From an uncultured Marinoscillum sp. (GTDB lineage Bacteria; Bacteroidota; Bacteroidia; Cytophagales; MED-G16): a DNA stretch of 64,000 nucleotides. Within the stretch, counting starts at the first letter, position 1, and each line of letters begins with the position of its first letter. The notes below the pieces were generated by a model that was not told the origin of the DNA, searched no databases, and saw only the letters and a program-made list of their open reading frames with translations. A program made the position numbers and the translations under genes. Shown here piece by piece: positions 47,759 through 56,253 of the stretch. Location: contig CABYXZ010000003.1 of the NCBI GenBank assembly GCA_902523065.1, forward strand, positions 40,574-104,573, written 5' to 3'.

Positions 47759-48415
47759 ATGAAAACTTATAAAGCATCAGTTTTTGGATCTACTGGCCTA
47801 ATTGGAGGTTTTTTAACAGATATATTAATTAATGATCCTTTATGTGAACAGGTAGTTACATTAACAAGAAGTGAGGTTATAATAAATAATAAAAAACATA
47901 AAAATCATGTCATTGACTTTAGTAGTTTAAATGAAATTAAAAAAACAATAAAAAATTGTGATTATGTCTATTCAGGAATTGGTACAACTCAGTCAAGAGT
48001 AAATTACAACAAGAAAATATACAGATCAATTGACTACGATATCACATTAAATATTGCAAGAGCATGCAAGGAGAATAAAATTAAGAGCTTATCCTTAGTA
48101 TCGACAGCTGGTGCAGATAGATCTAAAAATAATTTCTACTTAAGTCTAAAAGGAGAAATTGATGAGGATGTGTCAAAAATTGGAATTGATTCTTTATCTA
48201 TCTTTAGACCTTCTCTCCTACTTGGGAAAAGGAATGAAAGTAGATTCGGTGAAAAATTAGCTCAATACGTGATGCCGTTATTTTCATTTCTAATGCCTGA
48301 AGACTACAGACCAATTAGAGCAGATTATGTGGCATCAGCAATGCATAAAATTTCAATGAAAAATATAAAAGGAAACAACATATACCATTTCAATAAAATC
48401 ATGGATAATTTATGA
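47759..48415 (+). CDS. NAD(P)H-binding atypical SDR (HTATIP2/YbjT-like oxidoreductase)
   Basis: 218 aa. N-terminal Rossmann motif VFGSTGLIGGFL. The size and pattern fit the NAD(P)-binding domain family. Confidence 0.55.
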   Translation: MKTYKASVFGSTGLIGGFLTDILINDPLCEQVVTLTRSEVIINNKKHKNHVIDFSSLNEIKKTIKNCDYVYSGIGTTQSRVNYNKKIYRSIDYDITLNIARACKENKIKSLSLVSTAGADRSKNNFYLSLKGEIDEDVSKIGIDSLSIFRPSLLLGKRNESRFGEKLAQYVMPLFSFLMPEDYRPIRADYVASAMHKISMKNIKGNNIYHFNKIMDNL

Positions 48416-48433
48416 TATGAGAAATATTTTTAA

Positions 48434-48826
48434 TTAATTTGATCGCTTACTACTTGATAAATATGCAACAAGACTTAAAAAGAAGCATATAATATCTAAT
48501 ATATATGTCTCAACACCAGCATTCATTACCTCAAGTCCCATAAAATAATTGAACACAAGAAAAAGAGGTACATAACCTATTATAACAGCAAGAATAACTT
48601 TTCTTTTACTTTCTAGCTCAAATGTAGTTGCAAAAAATGCAACAAGACCCATCATAAGAAATAAAGGAGCTATTGCATAATGCATGAGTACAGCTATCTC
48701 TAAACCCTCAGGCGTAGTATTAAAAACATAAGGAACAATACTTTCGATAAATAATAGAAAAGAAATTGCTTGAAGAATGCAAATACCTCCAAAAGCATAT
48801 AAAGCAATGTTAGGTAAATTTTTCAT
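48434..48826 (-). CDS. hypothetical four-TM membrane protein
   Basis: 130 aa with four hydrophobic segments. Confidence 0.35.
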   Translation of the reverse strand: MKNLPNIALYAFGGICILQAISFLLFIESIVPYVFNTTPEGLEIAVLMHYAIAPLFLMMGLVAFFATTFELESKRKVILAVIIGYVPLFLVFNYFMGLEVMNAGVETYILDIICFFLSLVAYLSSSKRSN

Positions 48827-48949
48827 AATGTACGTTTTGATATACTATATTAAATATATTAATAAAAATCATTTCTAATGAATTATCAAAAGTAAAATTA
48901 TTTAAAAAAAGATTATTGGATTTGATTAAATTGCATTAACCATATCTCA

Positions 48950-49675
48950 ATGAAAATAATTCTAAGTGAGGATCGCATAGATTACCAAAATTACAGGTTT
49001 GGTTATTGTGTTAATATAATACTTGAAGAAGATGACTCTATTGAGAAAGTATTTGAAAGAGGTTATCTACCCTACACTGGGGATTCTAAAAATACTGAAG
49101 AAATATATTATCTAGCAAGGAGCGTAAGAATAAACCTTAGTAGATATGTAAGATTGTCTGAAAACAAGAGAGTTATAAAAAAAATTAAGTCATCATTAAA
49201 TATTTCAGTAGATGAACACAAGAAAGAAAATTTTAATCATGATAATAAATTCGAGAAATTTTGTATTGAATACTCTAAAGAACGATTTTCTAATGAATCT
49301 TTATCAAATGAGAGACTTCAACTCATAATTAAAAGAGAAAATTATAATAAAATTTATGAATTTAAATCAGATAACGATCCAATAGGTTATGTCATAACTT
49401 TCAGTAATAATAATATAATACATTATTGGTTTTCGTTTTATGATACAAAATATTTAGAGTCTATACCAATAGGTAAGTTTATGATGGAGCACATCATCCA
49501 TAGCGCAAAAAAGAATGATAAAAAATATATTTATCTGGGTACTTGTTACGGAAAAGATTCTCTGTATAAGGTCAGAGACTTCAAGGGCATTGAATATTTT
49601 GATGGAAATGAGTGGATTGATGATATTGAAAAACTTAAATCAATATGTAAAACTGATCAAAATGACAAATTCTAA
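48950..49675 (+). CDS. arginyl/leucyl-tRNA--protein transferase C-terminal-like (GNAT-fold) protein
   Basis: 241 aa. IPIGKFMMEHIIHSAKKNDKKYIYLGTCYGKDSLYKVRDFKGIEYFDGNEW resembles the ATE_C/Bpt block (Y-LGY...YK..F.P). The N-terminal Cys motifs of Bpt are absent. Confidence 0.4.
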   Translation: MKIILSEDRIDYQNYRFGYCVNIILEEDDSIEKVFERGYLPYTGDSKNTEEIYYLARSVRINLSRYVRLSENKRVIKKIKSSLNISVDEHKKENFNHDNKFEKFCIEYSKERFSNESLSNERLQLIIKRENYNKIYEFKSDNDPIGYVITFSNNNIIHYWFSFYDTKYLESIPIGKFMMEHIIHSAKKNDKKYIYLGTCYGKDSLYKVRDFKGIEYFDGNEWIDDIEKLKSICKTDQNDKF

Positions 49676-49740
49676 AAAAATTATAATTTTGATTTTTTTT
49701 AAAGTATACGTAAATTGAAAAAATCATTAAAATAAATAAT

Positions 49741-49968
49741 ATGACAACTGAAAGAGACATTATCAAAATAAGAGTACATGACGGAATAGTAGGATTACTT
49801 TATCTTGGCTCCATAGCACTTGCAGATCAGTTTAATGTTGAGTGGATTTGGGTCGCTGTAGGAGTTGCTGTTCTGCAAATAATTAGTCCAATTACTAAGT
49901 TTTGCCCAGTATATACCATTTTGAATAAATTAATGCCTGATACTGATCCAGTTCAAAACGGTAAGTAA
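49741..49968 (+). CDS. DUF2892 (YgaP-like) small membrane protein
   Basis: 75 aa. RVHDGIVGLLYL ... ISPITKFCPVYTILNKLMP matches the DUF2892 pattern. Confidence 0.6.
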   Translation: MTTERDIIKIRVHDGIVGLLYLGSIALADQFNVEWIWVAVGVAVLQIISPITKFCPVYTILNKLMPDTDPVQNGK

Positions 49969-49974
49969 TTTTTA

Positions 49975-50112
49975 ATGAGTAAATATTCGAAGAATAAAAT
50001 TACTTATGAAAAAGATTACCCGAAAAGAGTATTTGAAGTAATTCATGAGAGAACTCATACCAAAGAGGAGTGTGACTACTTTAACTACACTGACCCATTT
50101 TATTTTAGTTAA
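49975..50112 (+). CDS. candidate 45-aa hydrophilic micro-protein (not in the ORF track)
   Basis: MSKYSKNKITYEKDYPKRVFEVIHERTHTKEECDYFNYTDPFYFS. Starts 6 nt after the DUF2892 stop. Confidence 0.25.
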   Translation: MSKYSKNKITYEKDYPKRVFEVIHERTHTKEECDYFNYTDPFYFS

Positions 50113-50208
50113 ATGATAAGACATTTTATACCTAAAAAATTTAGACTATTATTTAGAATCGTATCTATAACTATCCTCATTATAATACTTGCTATAAAGT
50201 ACATTTAA
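50113..50208 (+). CDS. candidate 31-aa single-TM micro-protein (not in the ORF track)
   Basis: MIRHFIPKKFRLLFRIVSITILIIILAIKYI. Its ATG immediately abuts the preceding TAA. Confidence 0.25.
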   Translation: MIRHFIPKKFRLLFRIVSITILIIILAIKYI

Positions 50209-50253
50209 CTGTTTTTTTTTTGATTTTAAGGATCTATAGCTTACGTTTATGGT

Positions 50254-50388
50254 ATGATCAAATGCAATCTAATCAAAGAGTTTATAGAGAGAAAAACTCA
50301 CGTTATAAAGCGTTATAAACTTGAAATAATTTGGAGAGATGCACTCAACAAAAAATCTTACGAATCGTATTATATCCACAAAGAGTAA
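50254..50388 (+). CDS. candidate 44-aa basic micro-protein (not in the ORF track)
   Basis: MIKCNLIKEFIERKTHVIKRYKLEIIWRDALNKKSYESYYIHKE. Its stop is 3 nt before the SemiSWEET ATG. Confidence 0.25.
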   Translation: MIKCNLIKEFIERKTHVIKRYKLEIIWRDALNKKSYESYYIHKE

Positions 50389-50391
50389 TCG

Positions 50392-50646
50392 ATGGAATTT
50401 ATTGATGTGGTGGGTTTATTTGGGGCTTTCCTGTCAGGTATAACTTTTTTTCCTCAAGTCTATAGAACATGGAAATTAAAGTCAGCTATGGAGTTATCCC
50501 TCACAATGATCTTAATTATATTATTAAGCAATGTTGTATGGCTTTTTTATGCTTTTAACAAGCAGGATATAGCAATTATTAGTGCAAACTTTTTTGTAGG
50601 AAGCTGTGCTATTGTAATCCTTTATTTTAAGATCAAATATAAATGA
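50392..50646 (+). CDS. SemiSWEET / PQ-loop (MtN3-saliva family) three-TM transporter
   Basis: 84 aa with three TM segments. PQ motif in TM1 (GITFFPQVYRTWK). The length is typical of bacterial SemiSWEETs. Confidence 0.7.
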   Translation: MEFIDVVGLFGAFLSGITFFPQVYRTWKLKSAMELSLTMILIILLSNVVWLFYAFNKQDIAIISANFFVGSCAIVILYFKIKYK

Positions 50647-51050
50647 GATACTGTTTAGGTTTATTCTTTTTATTTACAATAACATCCTGTGATGAAATTA
50701 ATGAGGATGGGGCTGTTCCATCTGATTTTTCTGACTGTGAGTATATTGAGGAGACTATATCAAATTACGATTTATTTGAGGGTTATTTTAGTTTAACTCT
50801 TAACCATGGATATACCCCAGATATAGCAAGGGATTCAATTATGAATGATTATCATTTTTTGAAATTTAAAAATGAAAAACTTAATGGTATATATGTAATA
50901 ATTGATGCCAACACTAGATATAAGACAAATAAAATAATTCCACTTGATGATGTATCAAAAAGAGAGTATCCATTCTCAATAAATTTATTAAATGAGGGAG
51001 CTTGTATCTTTCTTGACCAGATTAAGACCGAGCAGTGTGAGTGTATCTAA
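50643..51050 (+). CDS. hypothetical lipoprotein
   Basis: 135 aa with a lipobox (FTITSCDE). ATGA overlap with the SemiSWEET gene. Confidence 0.4.
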   Translation: MRYCLGLFFLFTITSCDEINEDGAVPSDFSDCEYIEETISNYDLFEGYFSLTLNHGYTPDIARDSIMNDYHFLKFKNEKLNGIYVIIDANTRYKTNKIIPLDDVSKREYPFSINLLNEGACIFLDQIKTEQCECI

Positions 51051-51054
51051 AAAT

Positions 51055-51639
51055 CTACAATTCGATAAGTTTTAAATCTCTCCATCTAACCTTAATTCCT
51101 CCCCCGTCATGAATTTGCAGGGCTATTGATCCCTCTGAATTTGATATCTTATTATCTATAATTGAAATCATTTCCTGGCCATTAATCCAAGTTTTTACCT
51201 CACCACCATTGATCATCAATTTCATACTATTCCACTCGTTCATCTTTACAATGTCTTCATAATACTTGTCAGGCTTAATAAGCCATCCTCTACCATAAGA
51301 CTCATAAATTCCACCACTATGAAAGCCAGGTGGAGCAACCTCAACCTGCCAACCTGAAATTTTAGTTCCATCAATTTTAGATCTAAAAAAAACACCACTA
51401 TTTCCATCTTGCTCTTGTAAGAAATCTAGTGTTAATATAAAATTCTTGTAATATTTTTCTGTAGCTAAATATCCATAACCCTTATCTGGACCACTCTCAC
51501 ATATAAGTTCACTGTCTTTTACATACCAACTCTCCGTTCCGTAGACCTTCCATCCGTCAAGATTAACTCCATTAAAAATACTTATAGGATTTTGTATTGT
51601 AAGAAATAACAGTATTTTGACTATTATATTAAGGGTCAT
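51055..51639 (-). CDS. DUF1080 (3-keto-disaccharide hydrolase-like, concanavalin-type) domain protein
   Basis: 194 aa. FNGVNLDGWKVYG..WYVKD..L, GYLATEKYYKNFILTLDF, NSGVFFRS, WING, and IALQIHDGG..VRWRDLKL are characteristic. Confidence 0.75.
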   Translation of the reverse strand: MTLNIIVKILLFLTIQNPISIFNGVNLDGWKVYGTESWYVKDSELICESGPDKGYGYLATEKYYKNFILTLDFLQEQDGNSGVFFRSKIDGTKISGWQVEVAPPGFHSGGIYESYGRGWLIKPDKYYEDIVKMNEWNSMKLMINGGEVKTWINGQEMISIIDNKISNSEGSIALQIHDGGGIKVRWRDLKLIEL

Positions 51640-51647
51640 ATAAAAGA

Positions 51648-52547
51648 CTAGAAATTTACATTAAAGCTTATGCCAAAAACTTCTTTCAACTGAATTTCAG
51701 GAGCAGCATTATCGTCGTATAATAAATGTACAAGTATATTAGTGGATAAAAATCTATTTATTGTAAATTCTAAGCTAACCATGTAGTCAATATCAATGTT
51801 TAAAGGATCCTCAAGATAATTCTGAAATAAATTCAACTTATTCTCAAAAAACATATTTTTCAAAAGTTCAGTTTTGTAGTAAGCTGAAAATATACCACCT
51901 GCCTCAAACCTACCCGTCTTTCCTTTATCAACGCCAAAATAGTTTTCACCATCAGATAAAGATTCAGTAAATATAGGGTTCACCATTATATACCTTGCAG
52001 ATAAAACAGCATAATTAAACCACAAATTGTTATCTTTCTTATAGAACATACCGACACCAAGCTGAGAGTATGCAGGCGACAAAAATTTTGTTTTTAACGT
52101 TCTTATCTGAGAATTAGCAAAACCCTGGGTATACTCATATCCGTTTGCCCACTGTGATTTAATATTTAATAGTGCTGAGTAAGACCATCTGCCTTTATTT
52201 TTTAATGCAAGTAATGAATATAGCTCAAATCTATCCTCATTTTTTTTTAGAGTTTCGTTTTGGTTTTTTATAATTCCGTAAGCACCATCAATCCTATTTA
52301 TCCACTCTAAATCTCCTTTCTTTAGTATATAGTCGTAATCTAATATTAGTGTTAAGGAGAGATTATTTATACCTCCAGCAATCCAGTTTTTATACTGAGA
52401 CTGGTTTAGAAGAGTGGTTACCTTCCCCTTAGAAAGGTAGTATGAATCAGGAGAGGTCCATACTGAGTCTGATTTAAATTTTAAAAAATTGTTTGATATT
52501 CCTAGGTAAGGGATCAGTAAAAGAAGTGTTAATATGATTTTTCTCAT
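51648..52547 (-). CDS. DUF3078-like outer-membrane beta-barrel protein
   Basis: 299 aa with a signal peptide. LNQSQYKNWIAGGINN near the N-terminus and a C-terminal F are typical of DUF3078. Confidence 0.5.
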   Translation of the reverse strand: MRKIILTLLLLIPYLGISNNFLKFKSDSVWTSPDSYYLSKGKVTTLLNQSQYKNWIAGGINNLSLTLILDYDYILKKGDLEWINRIDGAYGIIKNQNETLKKNEDRFELYSLLALKNKGRWSYSALLNIKSQWANGYEYTQGFANSQIRTLKTKFLSPAYSQLGVGMFYKKDNNLWFNYAVLSARYIMVNPIFTESLSDGENYFGVDKGKTGRFEAGGIFSAYYKTELLKNMFFENKLNLFQNYLEDPLNIDIDYMVSLEFTINRFLSTNILVHLLYDDNAAPEIQLKEVFGISFNVNF

Positions 52548-52554
52548 TTGGATG

Positions 52555-52562
52555 CAAAAATA
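52555..52562 (-). promoter_or_regulatory. candidate Bacteroidota -7 box (TATTTTTG on the minus strand)
   Basis: Exact TAnnTTTG ending 7 nt upstream of the ATG of the DUF3078 gene. Confidence 0.3.
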
Positions 52563-52591
52563 TAAATAATTGAATTGTTAAAAAAATTGGA

Positions 52592-53989
52592 TTAAGATTG
52601 CCAATTTTCATTATGGAATGTACCATTCATATCTACCCTCTCAAAGGTATGCTCGCCGAAACAGTCTCTCTGAGCCTGAATTAAATTCATTGGTAGTTTC
52701 TCAGTTGTAAGAGCATCAAAATAGCTTATAGAGGAGTTTAAAGCAAGAGATGGAATCTTATTATTTATTGAATACACACTAACTTTTCTAGCGTATGAAT
52801 CACTTTCCTTGATCATCTCCGATATTTCACTATCAAAAATCAAATTCACCAGATCAGGATTTTTGTTAAATGCAAACATAAATTCTTCAAGTAACTTCGC
52901 TCTAATAATACAACCTCCTCTCCAAATCTTACATATCTCCTCATAATTAAGACCATATTTTTTTTCTTCAGAAGTGATTTTTAATTGAGATAGGCCTTGA
53001 GCATAACACATTATAAAACCATATATCAAAGCATTTTCTATATCATTTACTTCGATATCACCTATAATTGATTTTGGTTTAGAAAAAATTTTTTCTCCAG
53101 AACGTCTTGTCTCCTTAAATGAAGAAAGTATCCTCATAGATACAGAGGAGTCAATAGTTGGTACTGCAACACCAAAATCCATTGCACTTTGTGAGGTCCA
53201 CTTTCCAGTTCCCTTCTGTTTTGCCTTATCTAGAATAAGGTCAATTAAATATTCACCAGTCTCAACTTCTTTAGCTTTAAATATGTCAGATGTTATTTCT
53301 ATCAGATATGAATTTAGTTTTCCTTTATTCCACTGCACAAATGTTTGATGAATTTCTTGATTTGACATTTTCATGCCTAATTTCATAATATGGTATGCCT
53401 CTGATATGATTTGCATCATAGCATATTCAATTCCGTTATGAATCATTTTTACGTAGTGACCAGCAGATGTATTCCCTAGATATGATACACATGGAATGTC
53501 ATTAACCTTTGCAGATGCTTTTTCAAATATAGGTCTTACAATATCGTAAGCATCTTTATTTCCTCCAGGCATTATGCTTGGGCCAAGGCGGGCTCCTTTT
53601 GATCCGCCAGAAACACCTGTCCCTAAAAAATGTATATTTAATTTATCTAGTTTTTCAAATCTTCTTTCGGTATCATCATAGTGAGAATTTCCTCCATCTA
53701 TAATTATATCACCAGGTGATAGATGGGGTAAAAAGCTATCAATAACAGAGTCAACCGGATTTCCTGCAGGAACAAGAAGCATGACTTTTCTTGGGACTGT
53801 AAGGCTTTCTATAAAAACTTTAGTCTCAGTAGTTCCTTTTACAACAAAATCTTTTCCATCATTCTCTAATTTTTCAATAGATTCTTTTTTTGATGATAAA
53901 CCAATGGCTGAAAAGCCATTTTCTGCTACGTTTAAGATAAAGTTTCTTCCCATAACACCTAGTCCAACCAACCCAAAATCATATTTCAT
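52592..53989 (-). CDS. gnd: 6-phosphogluconate dehydrogenase (decarboxylating)
   Basis: 465 aa. GLVGLGVMGRN, GTGVSGGSKGARLGPSIMPGG and HNGIEYAMMQII blocks. Confidence 0.95.
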   Translation of the reverse strand: MKYDFGLVGLGVMGRNFILNVAENGFSAIGLSSKKESIEKLENDGKDFVVKGTTETKVFIESLTVPRKVMLLVPAGNPVDSVIDSFLPHLSPGDIIIDGGNSHYDDTERRFEKLDKLNIHFLGTGVSGGSKGARLGPSIMPGGNKDAYDIVRPIFEKASAKVNDIPCVSYLGNTSAGHYVKMIHNGIEYAMMQIISEAYHIMKLGMKMSNQEIHQTFVQWNKGKLNSYLIEITSDIFKAKEVETGEYLIDLILDKAKQKGTGKWTSQSAMDFGVAVPTIDSSVSMRILSSFKETRRSGEKIFSKPKSIIGDIEVNDIENALIYGFIMCYAQGLSQLKITSEEKKYGLNYEEICKIWRGGCIIRAKLLEEFMFAFNKNPDLVNLIFDSEISEMIKESDSYARKVSVYSINNKIPSLALNSSISYFDALTTEKLPMNLIQAQRDCFGEHTFERVDMNGTFHNENWQS

Positions 53990-54064
53990 AGCAATTTTTT
54001 AATAATTTGAACAAATATGAATTAAATTTTTTAATAATAATAGAATAAGATTTTTTTGTTTGGA

Positions 54065-54072
54065 TATGTTTG
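54065..54072 (+). promoter_or_regulatory. candidate Bacteroidota -7 box (TATGTTTG) for zwf
   Basis: Exact TAnnTTTG 18 nt upstream of the zwf ATG, in the gnd/zwf divergent intergenic region. Confidence 0.35.
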
Positions 54073-54090
54073 TAATTAGGTAATCAATAA

Positions 54091-55536
54091 ATGAATTCTC
54101 TTAATATTTTTATCATTTTTGGAGTAACTGGAGACTTAGCAAATAGAAAAATCTTTCCTGCAATAAATGCTTTGCTGAAGAGAAATGAATTGCCAAAAAA
54201 TACATTTGTTATTGGTTGCGGACGAGGAGATAAAAAAGCAAATACTTTCAAAAACCTAGATGAAAAAATATCAAAGAATTCAGAGTATATTAAAGTTGAT
54301 ACATCTAATCTAGATGATTTTAAAATTTTAAAGAAAAAATTAAATTCTCTTAAGAGTAAATCTAAAGCTGATAAAATTAATTTAATATCATACCTGTCAA
54401 CACCACCTCAATCATATGATGATATAATTATTAACATAATTAAATCTGAAATAAATAAGGAGGTATTTGGCTATTCAAGAATAGTGATAGAGAAACCATT
54501 TGGACAAAATTTAAATTCAGCAAAAAAACTAAATAAACTTCTTAAGACTGGGTTCAATGAAAATCAAATTTTTAGAATTGATCATTACCTAGGAAAGGAA
54601 ACTGTTCAAAATATATTGGTTTCAAGATACTCAAACCTAGTTTTTAATGCACTTTGGAATAGAGAGCATATAAGTTACGTTGAGATCACAGCTGCAGAAA
54701 GTATAGGGATAAAGAAAAGAGGTGAATACTATGATAAATCTGGTGCCTTGAAGGATATGATCCAGAATCACTTACTTGAATTACTTTCTCTTATAGCCAT
54801 GAACGATCCAAAAGAAAATAGTCCAGATAGTATAAGAGATGAGAAGGTAAATGTATTAAAAAGTATTAAAAAAGTTGATTATAAAAATAATATAGTAAGG
54901 GGTCAATACATTAAATCAAAAGGAAGAAAAGGAGAACAGTACAACTCTTACAGATCATCTGAAGGAGTATCAAATAACTCTAAAACCGAAACATATTTTG
55001 CTTGTAAACTCTTTATAGAAAATGAAAGATGGAAAGACATTCCTTTCTTTATAAGGACAGGAAAACGTATGCCTACAAAAGTGACTGAAATTGTAATAAA
55101 CTTTAAAAAAAATAAAACAATTTTTAGTGATAACGATCAGAGCAATATGCTAATTTTTAGGCTTCAACCAGACGAAGGACTTCTAGTTAAATTTAATTTG
55201 AAAAAGCCAGGCAAAAAAAATCAATTAATTAACAAAAATCTTGAGTTTCACTATAAGAATTTATCTAATGAATTTAATACTAACTCCTACGAAACACTGC
55301 TTTTAGATATTTTTAATGGTGATACTATGCTCTTCTCAAGAAGTGATTTTGTGGAGATGGCCTGGAAGATTGTGGATCCGATATCTGATGAAATTGAGAA
55401 AGATAATATAAAACTCTATGGATACAAATCAGGGACATGGGGACCTAAAATAGCTGATAACCTATTTCGAAATGAAAACACATGGAGATATCCATGTAAA
55501 AATCTTGTAAATGACGGAGAAATATGTGAATTATAG
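54091..55536 (+). CDS. zwf: glucose-6-phosphate dehydrogenase
   Basis: 481 aa. IFGVTGDLANRKIFPA, EKPFG and the active-site RIDHYLGKE. Confidence 0.95.
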   Translation: MNSLNIFIIFGVTGDLANRKIFPAINALLKRNELPKNTFVIGCGRGDKKANTFKNLDEKISKNSEYIKVDTSNLDDFKILKKKLNSLKSKSKADKINLISYLSTPPQSYDDIIINIIKSEINKEVFGYSRIVIEKPFGQNLNSAKKLNKLLKTGFNENQIFRIDHYLGKETVQNILVSRYSNLVFNALWNREHISYVEITAAESIGIKKRGEYYDKSGALKDMIQNHLLELLSLIAMNDPKENSPDSIRDEKVNVLKSIKKVDYKNNIVRGQYIKSKGRKGEQYNSYRSSEGVSNNSKTETYFACKLFIENERWKDIPFFIRTGKRMPTKVTEIVINFKKNKTIFSDNDQSNMLIFRLQPDEGLLVKFNLKKPGKKNQLINKNLEFHYKNLSNEFNTNSYETLLLDIFNGDTMLFSRSDFVEMAWKIVDPISDEIEKDNIKLYGYKSGTWGPKIADNLFRNENTWRYPCKNLVNDGEICEL

Positions 55537-55539
55537 TAT

Positions 55540-56253
55540 ATGAATGTAAATATTTATAAAAGTTCAGAAGAATGTAATTCTCGTTTAGCCGAGTATTTAA
55601 TTAAGGAATATTTATGTAAAGATAAAAATATTGCTATATCAGGTGGATCAACACCTATTGGGTTATTTACTGAAATTTTAAATCAGATTGATAAAAAATT
55701 TGAGATTAAGTCCAATTTTTTTTGGGTTGATGAGAGATGTGTTGATCCATCATCGGTTGATAGTAACTTCGGGTCAGCAAACAAGCATTTTTTTAGTAAA
55801 GTAAATGTTTCAAATAATAATATTTTTAGGATAAGAGGAGAAGAAAAACCTGAAATAGAGGCATCTAATTACACAGAATTATTAAAAACGAAAACAGAAA
55901 CTATTAAAAATATTCCATCACTTGATTTATGTCTTCTAGGTATAGGTGGAGATGGTCATACTGCATCTATATTCCCTCACGAACTAAAAAAACTTAGTGA
56001 TAAAAGTGATTGTGTTGTTGGAATTAATCCAGATTCAGGACAAAAAAGAGTAAGTCTGTCTATTAAACAAATAAACAACTCAAAAGAGGTTATTTTTCAT
56101 GTCTGTGGATCAGGTAAAAAAGATGTTGTGGATATGATTATTAGCAAAAGAGAAAACTACCTCGATTTACCAGCTTCTCACATACTGCCAAATAGTAAAA
56201 ATCTTTCTTGGTATCTCGATTTTGATTCTGCTGAAACTTTCATGGATACTTAA
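55540..56253 (+). CDS. pgl: 6-phosphogluconolactonase
   Basis: 237 aa. ISGGSTP, WVDERCV and LLGIGGDGHTASIFP blocks. Confidence 0.9.
   Translation: MNVNIYKSSEECNSRLAEYLIKEYLCKDKNIAISGGSTPIGLFTEILNQIDKKFEIKSNFFWVDERCVDPSSVDSNFGSANKHFFSKVNVSNNNIFRIRGEEKPEIEASNYTELLKTKTETIKNIPSLDLCLLGIGGDGHTASIFPHELKKLSDKSDCVVGINPDSGQKRVSLSIKQINNSKEVIFHVCGSGKKDVVDMIISKRENYLDLPASHILPNSKNLSWYLDFDSAETFMDT

Noticed and set aside
50372-50380. ATATCCACA, an 8/9 match to the DnaA box TTATCCACA
   Set aside because: It is a single isolated near-match inside a candidate micro-ORF. There is no cluster of boxes, no AT-rich unwinding element context, and no dnaA or dnaN nearby.
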